60,722 nt of DNA from an uncultured SAR116 cluster alpha proteobacterium. Its GTDB lineage: Bacteria; Pseudomonadota; Alphaproteobacteria; Puniceispirillales; Marisalimonadaceae. The notes beneath the pieces were generated by a model. It was given only the letters and a program-made list of their open reading frames with translations. It ran no database searches and was not told the DNA's origin. The stretch covers positions 1 to 60,722 of the forward strand of contig CACOVB010000001.1 in assembly GCA_902630555.1 (NCBI GenBank). The letters run 5' to 3'. Below are positions 38,177 to 50,190 of this stretch, one piece after another. Each line of letters begins with the position of its first letter. The stretch's first letter is position 1. The position numbers and the translations under genes are program-made.

Positions 38177-39127
38177 TTTGTTCAATATAAATTTGAAATC
38201 TTTATTTAATTTTTTTTGATTATCTAGTGGTATTTTTTTAAAATTGTAAAAAGAATTTTTAAATATTTTTATACTGTTATATTTCAAAAGTTTTTCATGA
38301 AAAGACTTAAGTTTACTTTTTTCTTTGTTTAAATAACCCAAAAATAAATTTTTAGTTGTAGAGGCTGTTTCACTAATCATATTTACACTATCGTTAGTTA
38401 CAACTATATAATCACATATTTTAATTATTGATGGGTAGATATTTGGTTCATCCTTTTTTGAGATGTAAAAGTGACGTGTAAAATCAGAAAATATTTGTTC
38501 TGCCAGATATAAAATATTTTCTGGTGTTCTTCTAGATTGGCAAATGATAACATTTGCTGAAATTTTTTTTGCTGCATATTTTATATCAAGTAATAGCTTT
38601 GAATAGTCTGTATTAGTTGGGGTAAATCTTTTACTTTTTCCACCTAAGAGAACTAATACATTTGGAGATTTAAAATATTTAAATTTTTTTTCTATTAAAG
38701 GATTTTTTTTTTTAATTTCTATTTCATTGAATGGTACAAGTGAACCTATTATTTTGATAATATTATTTTTACGGTAAAAGTCGTCATGCTCTGGTGTCAC
38801 AAGTATGTCAAAATATTTAGAATAAAAATTTGGTTTTTGTAAATGAATATTAATTATTTTTTCACCATAGATTTTTTTTAGAGCTACAGATACTCCTGAT
38901 AATTTCTTCCCAGTAGTGATTAAATACTTAAAATTATATTTTTTAATTAATTTAAGATTATTTCCTAAATTATTGAAAAGGTGTCCAAAAAAAGGGAAAG
39001 TTCTTAAAAAAGGGTTAATTTCAATTTTAATTTTTTTGAATTCAAAACCTAGATTCTTTGCGAGAGCAATTGATTGATTATCAATCCCTTTAATGCCTAT
39101 TAATAATATCAAGCATTCTATTTTCAT
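38165..39127 (-). CDS. ELM1/DUF1022 family protein (putative glycosyltransferase-like)
   Basis: About 320 aa with VLVLLGGKSKRF and QSRRTP motifs, as I recall for the ELM1 family. Confidence 0.6.
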   Translation of the reverse strand: MKIECLILLIGIKGIDNQSIALAKNLGFEFKKIKIEINPFLRTFPFFGHLFNNLGNNLKLIKKYNFKYLITTGKKLSGVSVALKKIYGEKIINIHLQKPNFYSKYFDILVTPEHDDFYRKNNIIKIIGSLVPFNEIEIKKKNPLIEKKFKYFKSPNVLVLLGGKSKRFTPTNTDYSKLLLDIKYAAKKISANVIICQSRRTPENILYLAEQIFSDFTRHFYISKKDEPNIYPSIIKICDYIVVTNDSVNMISETASTTKNLFLGYLNKEKSKLKSFHEKLLKYNSIKIFKNSFYNFKKIPLDNQKKLNKDFKFILNKLSK

Positions 39128-39132
39128 TAGAT

Positions 39133-39609
39133 TTATTTTAAAATGTCTATATTTAAAATTTCATAATTTTTTAAACCACTTGGAGTTTTAATCTCCACTT
39201 GAGAGCCGTTCTCTTTACTCATTAGACCTTTAGCTAATGGGGATGAGACTGAAATTAATCCTTTTTCTAAATTAGCTTCATAAGGACCAACTATAGAAAA
39301 TTCTACATCCTTATCTGCATCTTCATCATATACAGTTACTTTTGTACCAAAAGTAACCCTTTTTCCATCAAGTTTTGTTAAATCTATTACTTCAGCTCTA
39401 CTTAAAACACTTTCAAGCTCAGTTATTCTTCCTTCAATAAATGATTGTTTTTCTTTTGCAGCATGATATTCAGCGTTTTCTGATAAATCCCCATGTTCAC
39501 GGGCAATTGAAATAGCTTTTATAATTTCTGGCCTTTGAATTTTTTTTAAATTATTAAATTCATTCTTTAAATTTTCTAACCCATTTATTGTAAAAGGTAC
39601 TTTTTCCAT
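39133..39609 (-). CDS. greA: Transcription elongation factor GreA
   Basis: REHGDLSENAEYHAAKE and C-terminal ISVSSPLAKGLM. Confidence 0.95.
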   Translation of the reverse strand: MEKVPFTINGLENLKNEFNNLKKIQRPEIIKAISIAREHGDLSENAEYHAAKEKQSFIEGRITELESVLSRAEVIDLTKLDGKRVTFGTKVTVYDEDADKDVEFSIVGPYEANLEKGLISVSSPLAKGLMSKENGSQVEIKTPSGLKNYEILNIDILK

Positions 39610-39622
39610 TAAAATACTCCAA

Positions 39623-42600
39623 TCAATTTAAATATGATTGTAATGAGTGTACATCAATTTCTTTGTTAATTACACTTTTAATAGCAGATGTTACAGCAAT
39701 AGCACCTTGTATAGTAGTATAATAAGGAATATTGTTTAATAATGCGGTTTGTCTTAATGAAAAACTATCTTCAATTGATTTCAACCCTTCAACAGTATTT
39801 ATAACGAGATCAATTTCATTTGAAATCATTAAATCAACAATATTTGGCCTTCCTTCAAAAACTTTTTTAACAATTTCACAAGAAATTTTATTATTTTTCA
39901 GGAATGTTGCCGTTCCATTAGTTGCAATTAAGTCAAAACCAAAACTTATTAAAGATTTTGCAGGCTCAATAATTTTTCTTTTATCTTCATCTTTTATAGA
40001 AATAAATATTTTACCTTTTTGAGGAAGGGGTATATTTGAACCTAATTGACTTTTATAAAAAGCTAGTTCAAAATTTTTATCAACTCCCATGACTTCACCT
40101 GTTGACTTCATTTCAGGACCTAAAATAATGTCAGTACCTTGAAATCTTGCAAAAGGAAAAACAGCTTCTTTTACACAAACGTGTTTAATGTTATTTTCTT
40201 TTAATTTAAGTTCTTTTATTGAACGACCAATCATAATTTGACAGGCATAATTTACAAGTGGATGTCCTGTTGCTTTTGCAACAAATGGTATAGTTCTACT
40301 TCCTCTTGGATTAACTTCCAAAATAAATAACTCATTATCTTTTATAGCAAATTGAATGTTCATAAAGCCTTTTACCTTTAAACTTTTTGCAATAATTTGG
40401 GTTTGATTTTTTATTTTATTTAACATTTGATCAGATATGTTTTGAGGTGGTAACACACACGCAGAATCTCCTGAGTGAATTCCAGCTTCTTCAATATGTT
40501 CCATTATACCAGCAATAAAAACATCTTTTCCATCAGATATTGCATCAACATCAACTTCCATTGCATTTTTTAAAAATTGATCTATCAATACAGGATTTTT
40601 CCCTGATACTCTGACAGCTTCACTAATATATTTATTTAATTGATCCATATTGTGTATTATTTCCATAGCTCTTCCCCCAAGAACATAACTTGGTCTAATA
40701 ACAATTGGAAAGCCTATATTTTCACAAATTTTTTGAGCTTCAATTTTACTTTTAGCAACATCATTAATTGGTTGTTTTAGATTTAAAGACTTTATCAATT
40801 TTTGAAATCTATCTCTATCTTCAGCCAGGTCAATTGCATCAACTGAAGTTCCTAAAATTTTAATTCCTGATTTGTCTAATTCATTTGCTATTTTAAGAGG
40901 AGTTTGACCACCTAGCTGAACAATTACACCAAGTATTTTTCCATTTTCTTGTTCTTTATTAATGATGTCAAAAACATTTTCAAAAGTAAGCGGTTCAAAA
41001 TAAAGTTTGTCAGACGTATCATAATCAGTAGAAACTGTCTCTGGATTACAATTAATCATAATAGATTCAATGCCTATTTTTTTTAAACTGTAAGACGCAT
41101 GAACACAACAATAATCAAACTCAATACCTTGGCCAATTCTATTTGGCCCACCGCCAAGAATTACAACTTTCTGTTTTTCAGATGGATTTGCTTCACATTC
41201 TGTTATATCTGATAGTTCATAAGAACTATATAAATAAGCTGTTTCAGATGAAAACTCAGCTGAACAAGTGTCTACTCTCTTAAAAGATGGAAAAACATTA
41301 TATCTTTTTCTAAGGTCTATTATTTCATTAACATCTATATTTACCAATTCAGAAATTTTTAAATCTGAAAAGCCCATAGATTTTAGGCTTATTAAAAACT
41401 CTTTATTTTTGTTTAGTCCATTTTTTCTTAAAAAATTTTCTACTTCAATTATTCCACTAATTTGCTCTAAAAACCAGAAATCCCATCCTGTTTTATGGTG
41501 AATTTCTTCTAAAGAAAAACCTTTTCTAATAGCTTCAGCTATAATTAAAATTCTTTCTGGAACTGGTTCACTAAGTAATTTTTCTAATTCTTCTGATGTA
41601 TTGTCATTTATTTGATCTAATCCTGAATAATCATTTTCAAGAGATCTTAGTCCTTTTTGAAGAGATTCTTGGAAAGATCTACCTATTGACATAGCTTCCC
41701 CAACAGATTTCATTGAGGTTGTTAAATATTTTTTTGATCCTGGAAATTTTTCAAAAGTAAATTTTGGAATTTTTGTTACTATATAATCTATTGTAGGCTC
41801 AAAGCTAGCAGGCGTATTTTTTGTAATATCATTAATTAATTCATCTAAATGGTAACCTATAGCAAGTTTTGCAGCTATTTTTGCTATTGGAAAACCTGTA
41901 GCTTTTGAAGCAAGTGCAGAAGATCTACTCACTCGTGGGTTCATTTCAATAACAATTTGTCTACCATCTTTAGGGTTGACTGCAAACTGAACATTTGATC
42001 CACCTGTATCAACGCCAATTTCTCTAAGAATATTTATACTCGCTAATCGCATTTTTTGATATTCTTTATCTGTAAGAGTTAAAGCAGGAGCAACTGTTAT
42101 AGAATCTCCGGTGTGAACTCCCATAGGATCAACATTTTCAATGGAACAAATTATTATACAATTATCAAACTTATCTCTTACCACCTCCATTTCAAACTCT
42201 TTCCAACCAATAAGTGATTCTTCAATTAAAACTTCACTAACGGGGCTTAATTTTAATCCTTGTTCTACAATTGAAATGAATTCTTCTTTATTGTAAGCAA
42301 CTCCACCACCTTCTCCACCAAGGGTAAAAGAGGGTCTAATAATGCATGGCAACCCAACAAAATCTAATGATTTTAATGCATCGCTCATATTTTTCACAAT
42401 TTTTGCTTTTGCTGAAGATAAGCCAATTTTATCCATTGATTTTTTAAATAAACTTCTATCTTCAGCTTTTTTTATTGATTCAGGTTTAGCGCCAATAATT
42501 TCAATATTTTCTTTTTCTAATATTCCATCTTCGTGTAATTCTAATGTAACGTTTAGTGCGGTTTGCCCCCCCATGGTTGGTAAGATAGCATCAGGTTTTT

Positions 42601-42841
42601 CTTTTTTTATTATTTTATGAATTACATCTTTTTGGATTGGCTCAATATAAGTAGCATCTGCCATAATGGGATCTGTCATTATAGTTGCAGGATTGGAATT
42701 TACTAAAATAACTCTTATACCTTCTTCTTTAAGAGCCTTACATGCTTGTGCTCCAGAATAATCAAATTCACAAGCTTGACCAATTATAATTGGACCTGCA
42801 CCTATGATTAGAATCGAGTTTAAATCAGTTCTTTTTGGCAT
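39623..42841 (-). CDS. carB: Carbamoyl-phosphate synthase large subunit
   Basis: [30 protein letters not shown], duplicated ATP-grasp halves and an MGS-like C-terminus; 1072 aa. Confidence 0.97.
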   Translation of the reverse strand: MPKRTDLNSILIIGAGPIIIGQACEFDYSGAQACKALKEEGIRVILVNSNPATIMTDPIMADATYIEPIQKDVIHKIIKKEKPDAILPTMGGQTALNVTLELHEDGILEKENIEIIGAKPESIKKAEDRSLFKKSMDKIGLSSAKAKIVKNMSDALKSLDFVGLPCIIRPSFTLGGEGGGVAYNKEEFISIVEQGLKLSPVSEVLIEESLIGWKEFEMEVVRDKFDNCIIICSIENVDPMGVHTGDSITVAPALTLTDKEYQKMRLASINILREIGVDTGGSNVQFAVNPKDGRQIVIEMNPRVSRSSALASKATGFPIAKIAAKLAIGYHLDELINDITKNTPASFEPTIDYIVTKIPKFTFEKFPGSKKYLTTSMKSVGEAMSIGRSFQESLQKGLRSLENDYSGLDQINDNTSEELEKLLSEPVPERILIIAEAIRKGFSLEEIHHKTGWDFWFLEQISGIIEVENFLRKNGLNKNKEFLISLKSMGFSDLKISELVNIDVNEIIDLRKRYNVFPSFKRVDTCSAEFSSETAYLYSSYELSDITECEANPSEKQKVVILGGGPNRIGQGIEFDYCCVHASYSLKKIGIESIMINCNPETVSTDYDTSDKLYFEPLTFENVFDIINKEQENGKILGVIVQLGGQTPLKIANELDKSGIKILGTSVDAIDLAEDRDRFQKLIKSLNLKQPINDVAKSKIEAQKICENIGFPIVIRPSYVLGGRAMEIIHNMDQLNKYISEAVRVSGKNPVLIDQFLKNAMEVDVDAISDGKDVFIAGIMEHIEEAGIHSGDSACVLPPQNISDQMLNKIKNQTQIIAKSLKVKGFMNIQFAIKDNELFILEVNPRGSRTIPFVAKATGHPLVNYACQIMIGRSIKELKLKENNIKHVCVKEAVFPFARFQGTDIILGPEMKSTGEVMGVDKNFELAFYKSQLGSNIPLPQKGKIFISIKDEDKRKIIEPAKSLISFGFDLIATNGTATFLKNNKISCEIVKKVFEGRPNIVDLMISNEIDLVINTVEGLKSIEDSFSLRQTALLNNIPYYTTIQGAIAVTSAIKSVINKEIDVHSLQSYLN

Positions 42842-44048
42842 TACTGTACTCTAGACAAAGATTATAGAATTTATCAAATAAATATGATGTATCTGTAGGA
42901 CCTGGGGACGCTTCTGGATGAAATTGAACTGAAAAAATTGGAAGTTCTTTATGTTTAAGGCCTTCAATTGATTGATCAAATAAAGAAATATGAGTTATCT
43001 GAAGGTCATTGGGAAGACTTTGTTTGTCAACAATAAATCCATGATTTTGACTTGTTATTTCTACACTATTTGTTTCTAAATTCTTAACTGGATGATTTGC
43101 GCCTCTATGACCTTGTTTCATTTTAGAAGTTTTGGCACCCAATGTTAAAGCTATAAGTTGATGACCAATACAAATACCAAATATTGGAACTTTTAAACTC
43201 GTTAAACTTTTTAATAATTTAAAAACATTTGGATCTGATGCTTTGGGATCACCTGGTCCATTAGATAAAAATATACCATCTGGATTTTTTGAAATAATTT
43301 CCTCAATTGTTGTGGTGTAAGGTAGTACAGAAACTTCAAAATTTCTTTCATATAAGTTTCGTAAAATATTTGATTTTACTCCGTAATCAAAAGCAATAAT
43401 TTTTAATTGCTTATATTTTTGTTTTTTTGATAATTTGATTAGTTCATGTAAATTTTCGTTCCAAAGATATTCTTTTTTAGTTGAAATTTTACTAAACAAC
43501 TCAAGACCATTCATAGATGGATGGTTTTGTAAAATTTTATTTAATTCACTCAAGCTGTCAGTCTTGTCAATTTTAGCTATGATCGCATTAATTGATTTCC
43601 TGTTTCTAATAATTTTAGTTAATTTTCTTGTATCAATTCCTGCAATTCCAGGTATTGATAAATCTTTTAACCACTCAGAAAAATTTTTATCACTTCTCCA
43701 GTTTGATTCTTTAGATGGGAGTTGTCTTGTTATAACACCGGAAACATTGGATTTTCCCTCATAATCATTAAAATTAGTGCCTACGTTTCCTATATGTGGA
43801 AAAGTAAAGCTTATAATTTGATTAGTATATGATGGATCAGTGATTATTTCCTGATACCCAGTCATAGAAGTGTTAAAACATAATTCACCAATTCCTAATT
43901 TTTCTGATCCGAAAGAATATCCAACAAACTTTTCACCAGTTTCTAATATTAATATTGAATTTTTTGGTAAAATGTTTTGGTTTAAGAAATTAAAGGGTAT
44001 ATAAGAATTCAGGTTGGAAATTTTAAAATCGTGCATACATATACTCAA
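42825..44048 (-). CDS. carA: Carbamoyl-phosphate synthase small (glutaminase) subunit
   Basis: GICIGHQL catalytic Cys, SQNHGF, VQFHPE. It overlaps carB by 17 nt. The start could also be the fifth-codon ATG. Confidence 0.95.
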   Translation of the reverse strand: MSICMHDFKISNLNSYIPFNFLNQNILPKNSILILETGEKFVGYSFGSEKLGIGELCFNTSMTGYQEIITDPSYTNQIISFTFPHIGNVGTNFNDYEGKSNVSGVITRQLPSKESNWRSDKNFSEWLKDLSIPGIAGIDTRKLTKIIRNRKSINAIIAKIDKTDSLSELNKILQNHPSMNGLELFSKISTKKEYLWNENLHELIKLSKKQKYKQLKIIAFDYGVKSNILRNLYERNFEVSVLPYTTTIEEIISKNPDGIFLSNGPGDPKASDPNVFKLLKSLTSLKVPIFGICIGHQLIALTLGAKTSKMKQGHRGANHPVKNLETNSVEITSQNHGFIVDKQSLPNDLQITHISLFDQSIEGLKHKELPIFSVQFHPEASPGPTDTSYLFDKFYNLCLEYSNAKKN

Positions 44049-44142
44049 ATAGATAATATCAAAGATATTTATATACTAATTAAAATGGTTTACATTTAAG
44101 GTCAATAAAATTAAACATTAGAGCATTTAACATAGGTGTTTT

Positions 44143-44595
44143 ATGAGAGAACAATTAAATTCTGAATTAAAAAAATCAATTATTAATAAAGATTTAGCAG
44201 CAACAAAAACAATCAGACTTATAATTGCAGCTATTAAGGATAGAGATATTGTTGTTAGAACAGAAGGAAATCAGAATGGCATAAGTGAGGCTGATATAAT
44301 TTCTTTACTAAAAAAAATGCAAAAACAAAGAGAAGAATCAATTCAACTTTATACAAAAGGCAATAGAATGGATTTAGTTCAAAGCGAGGAAGATGAGATT
44401 AAAATAATCAAACAATTTTTGCCAAAACAAATGAATGATAATGAAATACAAAACCTTGTTAAAGAAGCCATAAAACTTAACGATGCTAAGTCTATTAGAG
44501 ATATGGGAAAAGTTATGAGTTACCTAAAAGAAAAGTATTCTTCAAATATGGATTTTAGTAAAGCTAGTAAATTTTTGAAAGATACATTAATTTAA
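44143..44595 (+). CDS. GatB/YqeY domain-containing protein
   Basis: About 150 aa with a YqeY-like pattern (LKKSIINKD...EEDEIKIIKQFLP). It lies upstream of dnaG-rpoD. Confidence 0.85.
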   Translation: MREQLNSELKKSIINKDLAATKTIRLIIAAIKDRDIVVRTEGNQNGISEADIISLLKKMQKQREESIQLYTKGNRMDLVQSEEDEIKIIKQFLPKQMNDNEIQNLVKEAIKLNDAKSIRDMGKVMSYLKEKYSSNMDFSKASKFLKDTLI

Positions 44596-44601
44596 CTCAT
44601 A

Positions 44602-46242
44602 ATGAACAATGATGATTTAAAAGAAGAGATAAAAAACCGAATAAAATTATCTGAAATAATTTCAAAAAAAGTTATCTTAAAGAAAAAAAGTGAAAATAGT
44701 TTTATAGGTCTATGTCCTTTTCATTCCGAAAAAACACCATCATTCCATGTTCATGATGAAAAACAGTTTTATCACTGTTTTGGATGTGAAAAACATGGAG
44801 ATATTTTCTCTTTCACTATGGAATTTGATAATATGGATTTCTATAGTGCCTTAAAGTATTTAGCAAGTTTAATTGGTTTAACAGTAAACAACAAAAGCCA
44901 TCAAGATAATTCATTTCAAAACAAATATAAAACTCTTGAGTTATCTTCAAAATTTTTTGTTGAGACTTTAAATAATAAGAAAAACAAAAATGTTTTGGAT
45001 TACTTAAATGAAAGAGGTTTAAGTAAAGAAATATGTCAGGAATTTTTAATAGGTTATGCGCCATCAAAAAATTATGATTACCAATTAATTGATTTTTTAA
45101 AGTCAAAAAATATTAATGAAGAAGAATTAGTAGAAATTGGTTTAGCAAAAAAAAAATATAATAATTTATATGGTTATTTCTATGACAGGATAATGATTCC
45201 TATAGTATCAGCTAATGGAAAGGTTATAGCTTTTGGTGGAAGAACAACTAATTCTTCAGAACCAAAATATTTAAACTCTCCTGAAAGTGATGTTTTTAGT
45301 AAAAGAAATATTTTATTCGGTGCATATAATGTAAAGAAAAGAAATAAAAATATCGATAATATTATTTTATGTGAGGGATATATGGATGTAATTGCTTTAT
45401 TTAGATTTGGATATCCTGCTGTAGCTTCTTTGGGTACTGCTGTTTCTGAAAAACAAATAGATTTATTAACAAAACTCTCAAAAAATATTTTCATTGTATT
45501 TGATGGTGATCAAGCTGGGAAAAATGCTTCAATTAGATTATTTGATAAACTACTCCCATTACTAAAAACTGATAATGTATTTAGATTTGTATTTTTGCCA
45601 AATAATCTAGATCCTGAAGAATACCTAATTAAAAATGGTAAAGATAATTTTAATTTCTTATTAGAAAAAAGCTATTACATATCAGATATCATATGGTTAA
45701 TGGGCATTAAAAATAAAATGAATGACACACCTGAAGAGGTTGCTAAATTTTGGAAGTTCATAAGAAGTAAAATATATCAAATTAAAGAAAAAAACCTTCA
45801 ATTAGCTATTAAAGATGACCTTGAAAATAGAATCAATAAATTGAGATCTAAAATAAGAGGATATAACTCTAAGCCAAACAATTTTATTAATTTAAATTTG
45901 CCTAAGATAGAAAGTGATTATAGATTTAAAGTAATAATTGCAATAATTTTAAACTTTCCAAAACTTTATGATGTTTTTGAAAAACAGTTAATTAAAATAA
46001 AATTTACTAATAATAGTTTACATGAAGTTAAAGAAGTTATATTTAGTATTATTAAAAATAATTCTGATGTAAGTTACACTCAATTAGTTGAAAGTTTAAA
46101 AGAGAGAGATCTTATAAAATTTCTTGGTGATTTCAGGTTAGAGGCTATTTTTTCTAAATTACGTTCATCAGATAAAAAGATTAAAATTGATGAGAGTAGA
46201 AAAGTTTTAGAAGAATTAATACATATGGTAAATAATAATTAA
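44602..46242 (+). CDS. dnaG: DNA primase
   Basis: Zinc finger CPFHSEKTPSFHV...YHCFGC and TOPRIM domain (LCEGYMDV...FDGDQAG). Confidence 0.93.
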   Translation: MNNDDLKEEIKNRIKLSEIISKKVILKKKSENSFIGLCPFHSEKTPSFHVHDEKQFYHCFGCEKHGDIFSFTMEFDNMDFYSALKYLASLIGLTVNNKSHQDNSFQNKYKTLELSSKFFVETLNNKKNKNVLDYLNERGLSKEICQEFLIGYAPSKNYDYQLIDFLKSKNINEEELVEIGLAKKKYNNLYGYFYDRIMIPIVSANGKVIAFGGRTTNSSEPKYLNSPESDVFSKRNILFGAYNVKKRNKNIDNIILCEGYMDVIALFRFGYPAVASLGTAVSEKQIDLLTKLSKNIFIVFDGDQAGKNASIRLFDKLLPLLKTDNVFRFVFLPNNLDPEEYLIKNGKDNFNFLLEKSYYISDIIWLMGIKNKMNDTPEEVAKFWKFIRSKIYQIKEKNLQLAIKDDLENRINKLRSKIRGYNSKPNNFINLNLPKIESDYRFKVIIAIILNFPKLYDVFEKQLIKIKFTNNSLHEVKEVIFSIIKNNSDVSYTQLVESLKERDLIKFLGDFRLEAIFSKLRSSDKKIKIDESRKVLEELIHMVNNN

Positions 46243-46249
46243 GAAGTAA

Positions 46250-48268
46250 ATGATGACGTCAAAAATAAGTAAAAAATCTAAAGAAAAATCTGACTTGGAA
46301 AATTCAGATAAACCTATAATTGATCTTAATAACTCAGAGATAAAATCTTTATTAAAAAAAGGTAAAACTTCAGGCTATATAACTCATGATCAATTAAATA
46401 AAGCCCTGCCAGATGGGGAGTTAACGTCTGAACAAATTGAAGATGTAATGGTAGCAATAAATGAATTAGGTATAAATATTATAGATCAAAATGAAGAAAA
46501 TACTTTAGAAGAAAACGACGAAAAGGTTGTTGGGAATATTTCTGAAGATGAAGGAAGTCGTTCAGATGACCCTGTGAGAATGTATCTAAAAGAAATGGGA
46601 ACTGTAGAGCTTTTATCTAGGGAAGGTGAAATAGCTATAGCTAAAAGAATTGAAGCAGGGAAGGAATTAATGATTGGAGGATTATATGAAAATCCAATAG
46701 CATTAAATCAATTTTTACAATGGAGAGATAATGTAGATAATGGTTCCATGATGCTTAGAGATATCATAGATTTAGAAACAACGTATGCAAGACTTAACGA
46801 GGATAATCCTGATAGTAAAAACTTATCTAATGACAATTTGTTAAATAAAAATGAAATCTTACAAAGCAATAAAATAAATGTTAATAATATATTAGATAAA
46901 CCTGGTTTCAACGAAAATATTAAACCTAAAAATGAAATCCTTGCTGATAATGACAATGAGGAAGATAATGATGACAATGATGATGAAGATGATGAAAATG
47001 ATTCAAATTTATCACTTGTGGCAATGGAAACTGAAATTAAAGGACCTATATTAGATATAATCGATGGTGTGGTTGAAACATTTAAGCAAATTGAGACTCT
47101 AAATGACAGAAGACTAACAAGACTTCAAAAAGGTGAAGAATTAATTGAGAGATCTGAAAAGAAAAGGTTTAATCTTCAAATTGATTTAATTAATAAATTA
47201 GACAAAATTTATTTAAATCCAAATAAACAAGAAATATTATTAGATCAAATTTATGGTCTTAATAAAAAAATTTCAAACATTGAAGGTAAATTGCTTAGAA
47301 TGGCAGAACAAGCTGGAATTAAAAGATTAGATTTTTTAAGTAAATGGAAAGATGGAAATGCATATTTCTCTTGGAAAGATAATGTTGGTATTAATAAAGT
47401 TTGGAAGGATTTTTTTAAAGAAAATAAATCTGATATTGATGAAATGTTTAACTCAATTAATGAATTTATTTCTAAAGTAAATTTACCTATCAAAGAATTT
47501 AAAAATCTTGTTCAAATTATTCAAAAAGGTGAAAGAGAATCAGCGCGCGCAAAAAAAGAAATGGTAGAAGCTAACTTAAGGTTAGTAATCTCAATAGCAA
47601 AAAAATACACTAATAGAGGTCTTCAATTTTTAGATCTCATTCAAGAAGGTAATATTGGTTTGATGAAAGCTGTTGATAAATTTGAGTATAGAAGGGGTTA
47701 TAAGTTTTCAACATATGCTACATGGTGGATTAGACAAGCAATTACTCGATCTATTGCAGATCAAGCTAGAACTATACGTATACCAGTGCATATGATAGAA
47801 ACAATTAATAAAATTGTTAGAACTTCAAGACAAATGTTGCATGAAATTGGACGAGAGCCCACTCCTGAAGAATTGTCAACAAAGTTATCAATGCCACTAG
47901 ATAAAGTAAGAAAAGTATTAAAAATTGCTAAAGAACCAATTTCACTTGAAACTCCTGTTGGAGATGAAGATGATAGTCATCTTGGTGATTTCATTGAAGA
48001 TAAAAACGCTGTTCAGCCATTAGAAGCTGCTATTCATGCTAATCTTCGTGAAACAACGACAAGGATTTTATCAAGTCTAACACCAAGAGAGGAACGTGTA
48101 CTTAGAATGAGATTTGGTATAGGAATGAATACAGATCATACATTGGAAGAGGTAGGTCAGCAGTTTAGTGTTACTCGTGAAAGAATTAGGCAGATTGAAG
48201 CTAAAGCATTGAGAAAACTTAAACACCCTTCGCGATCAAGAAAATTAAGGTCATTTTTAGAGACATAA
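46250..48268 (+). CDS. rpoD: RNA polymerase primary sigma factor
   Basis: Region 2 ([39 protein letters not shown]), regions 3 and 4 ([20 protein letters not shown]), and an acidic non-conserved insertion. Confidence 0.97.
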   Translation: MMTSKISKKSKEKSDLENSDKPIIDLNNSEIKSLLKKGKTSGYITHDQLNKALPDGELTSEQIEDVMVAINELGINIIDQNEENTLEENDEKVVGNISEDEGSRSDDPVRMYLKEMGTVELLSREGEIAIAKRIEAGKELMIGGLYENPIALNQFLQWRDNVDNGSMMLRDIIDLETTYARLNEDNPDSKNLSNDNLLNKNEILQSNKINVNNILDKPGFNENIKPKNEILADNDNEEDNDDNDDEDDENDSNLSLVAMETEIKGPILDIIDGVVETFKQIETLNDRRLTRLQKGEELIERSEKKRFNLQIDLINKLDKIYLNPNKQEILLDQIYGLNKKISNIEGKLLRMAEQAGIKRLDFLSKWKDGNAYFSWKDNVGINKVWKDFFKENKSDIDEMFNSINEFISKVNLPIKEFKNLVQIIQKGERESARAKKEMVEANLRLVISIAKKYTNRGLQFLDLIQEGNIGLMKAVDKFEYRRGYKFSTYATWWIRQAITRSIADQARTIRIPVHMIETINKIVRTSRQMLHEIGREPTPEELSTKLSMPLDKVRKVLKIAKEPISLETPVGDEDDSHLGDFIEDKNAVQPLEAAIHANLRETTTRILSSLTPREERVLRMRFGIGMNTDHTLEEVGQQFSVTRERIRQIEAKALRKLKHPSRSRKLRSFLET

Positions 48269-48320
48269 AAGCTAACTTTACTTTATTGCTTTTAAATTGT
48301 ATAACACTAATCGTCATATA

Positions 48321-48397
48321 GGTCCTGTAGCTCAGTTGGTTAGAGCTCTCCACTCATAATGGATAGGTCGCAGGTTCGAGTCCTGCCGGGACCACCA
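48321..48397 (+). tRNA. tRNA with CAT anticodon and encoded 3' CCA; not an initiator; elongator Met or, more likely, lysidine-dependent Ile2
   Basis: Hand-folded cloverleaf. Acceptor stem GGTCCTG/CGGGACC, D-stem GCTC/GAGC, anticodon stem-loop CTCCA-CTCATAA-TGGAT, variable loop AGGTC, T-arm GCAGG-TTCGAGT-CCTGC, A73, CCA. The G1-C72 pair excludes an initiator. Confidence 0.9.
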
Positions 48398-48449
48398 AAC
48401 ACTAATTATTGTATTTAATGAGATTATAAGTTTATACTCTTATATCAAC

Positions 48450-50180
48450 ATGAAAAAAAATTATAAAAATCTTAGAAGCTATAGGTGGTTTGCTCCAAAT
48501 GACATCAGATCCTTTGGGCATAGATCACGAGCTATGCAAATTGGCTATAGTAAAGATGACTGGTATGGTAAACCAATAATTGGAATAATAAATACATGGT
48601 CAGATATACAGCCTTGTCACATTCATTTTAAAAGTAGAGTGGAAGATGTTAAAAGAGGTATTTTTCAAATGGGTGGTTTCCCTATAGAATTACCGTCAAT
48701 TTCTCTAGCTGAAATGTATGTGAAACCAACAACAATGCTTTATAGAAATATGCTTTCTATGGAAGTTGAAGAATTAATTAGATCTCATCCAATAGACGGT
48801 GTTATTTTAATGGGAGGATGTGATAAAACCACCCCAGCTTTATTAATGGGTGCTATAAGTAACGATTTGCCAACAGTTTTCTTACCAGCTGGACCAATGT
48901 TAAGAGGAAATTTTAAAGGTAAATTTTTAGGAAGTGGTTCTGATGGATGGAAATATTGGGCAGAACTAAGAGCAGGTAATATTTCAGATGATGATTGGAA
49001 AGAAGTAGAAACAGGAATCGCAAGATCTTATGGTCATTGTATGACTATGGGTACTGCTAGTACAATGACAGCTATAGCAGAAGCTATAGGTTTTTGTTTG
49101 CCTGGTGCAAGCTCAATTCCAGCTTCAGATTCAAATCATATTAGAATGTCTTCAAATGTAGGGAAAAGAATAGTTGAAATGGTATGGTTAGATTTAAAAC
49201 CTTCAAAGTTTGTGACTAAAAAATCAATTGAAAACGCAATAATTGTTGCAATGGCTATGGGTTGTTCAACTAATGCCATTATACATTTAATTGCTATTGC
49301 TAGAAGGTCTGGAATAAGACTTACTATGGATAAATTAGATGAAATAGGAAGAAAAGTTCCAGTAATTGCAAACATAAGACCTTCAGGAAAAGAATACTTA
49401 ATGGAAGATTTTTATTATGCTGGTGGAATTCTTTCATTAATGTATCAACTCTCAGATATTTTAAATATTGATGAAAAAACAGTTATTGGTAAAAATATTA
49501 AAGAGATTATAAAAAAACAAAAACCAATTAATGAAGATGTAATAAGGCCTTTAAAAAATCCCATTTATAAAGAGGGATCCTTGGCTGTTTTAAAGGGAAA
49601 TTTAGCTCCAGATGGTTGTGTTATAAAACCAGCTGCTTGTGAAAAAAAGTTTTTAAAGCACAAGGGACCAGTTATTGTTTTTGATAGTTACCCTGAAATG
49701 AATAAGATTATCGACTCTGATGACTTAGATGTTACAGAAAACCATGTCCTTGTGCTTAGAAATGTTGGTCCAGTTGGTGGACCAGGAATGCCTGAGTGGG
49801 GAATGATACCAATACCTAAGAAATTATTAAAAAAAGGTGTTAGGGATATGGTTAGAATTTCAGATGCTAGAATGAGTGGCACAAGTTATGGCGCATGTAT
49901 ACTGCATGTTGCTCCAGAGAGTTATATAGGTGGACCTCTTTCTCTATTAAAAACAGGTGATATGGTTGAAATTGATGTAAACAAAAGAAGTATAAATATG
50001 TTAGTTAATGATGAAACATTGCAAAAGAGAAAATCTAATTTAGTTCAAAAAAAACCTAAAGCTGGAAGAGGTTGGTTATGGATGTATAGTAATCATGTTA
50101 AGCAAGCTAATGAAGGGTGTGATTTTGATTTTTTAGAAACTGACTTTGGAAATTCTGCAAAAGAGCCAGATATATTTTAA
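48450..50180 (+). CDS. IlvD/Edd-family dehydratase, sugar-acid (xylonate/arabinonate-type) branch
   Basis: LRSYRWF N-terminus, GKPIIGIINTWSDIQPCH, GGCDKTTPALLMG, GHCMTMGTASTM, GCSTNAIIHLIAIA, SDARMSGTSYG. The pattern resembles Caulobacter XylD as I remember it more than biosynthetic IlvD. Confidence 0.88.
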   Translation: MKKNYKNLRSYRWFAPNDIRSFGHRSRAMQIGYSKDDWYGKPIIGIINTWSDIQPCHIHFKSRVEDVKRGIFQMGGFPIELPSISLAEMYVKPTTMLYRNMLSMEVEELIRSHPIDGVILMGGCDKTTPALLMGAISNDLPTVFLPAGPMLRGNFKGKFLGSGSDGWKYWAELRAGNISDDDWKEVETGIARSYGHCMTMGTASTMTAIAEAIGFCLPGASSIPASDSNHIRMSSNVGKRIVEMVWLDLKPSKFVTKKSIENAIIVAMAMGCSTNAIIHLIAIARRSGIRLTMDKLDEIGRKVPVIANIRPSGKEYLMEDFYYAGGILSLMYQLSDILNIDEKTVIGKNIKEIIKKQKPINEDVIRPLKNPIYKEGSLAVLKGNLAPDGCVIKPAACEKKFLKHKGPVIVFDSYPEMNKIIDSDDLDVTENHVLVLRNVGPVGGPGMPEWGMIPIPKKLLKKGVRDMVRISDARMSGTSYGACILHVAPESYIGGPLSLLKTGDMVEIDVNKRSINMLVNDETLQKRKSNLVQKKPKAGRGWLWMYSNHVKQANEGCDFDFLETDFGNSAKEPDIF

Positions 50181-50190
50181 GATAATTATT

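Noticed and set aside
38698-38714. T11 homopolymer (A11 on the coding strand, KKK) inside the ELM1-like glycosyltransferase-like gene; possible phase-variation tract
   Set aside because: Runs of 9-11 A/T also occur inside several housekeeping genes here (for example the GST-like gene near 9272, pth near 21433 and uvrB near 34124). All encode Lys or Phe runs, so this is a compositional feature and not a specific contingency locus.
39732-43764. Plus-strand ORFs inside carB/carA (39732-40022, 41268-41501, 42342-42620, 43435-43764)
   Set aside because: They are antisense to unmistakable carAB coding sequence, with Phe/Ile/Ser/Leu-rich translations typical of shadow frames. The same reasoning applies to every other embedded ORF in the track: 7019-7315, 8377-8562, 14707-14898, 14968-15189, 16051-16269, 18286-18689, 20267-20701, 21021-21290, 21714-21923, 22769-22981, 23478-23753, 25552-25782, 27285-27518, 32258-32449, 33580-33774, 44816-45494, 46708-46977, 47251-47493, 49136-49375, 49688-49882 and 52169-52366.
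48450-50180. Calling the IlvD/Edd-family gene the biosynthetic dihydroxy-acid dehydratase ilvD
   Set aside because: The N-terminal LRSxxWF segment and overall pattern resemble sugar-acid dehydratases, and the neighbours are catabolic-type enzymes. I cannot exclude a dual or biosynthetic role without the rest of the genome, so no gene symbol is assigned.
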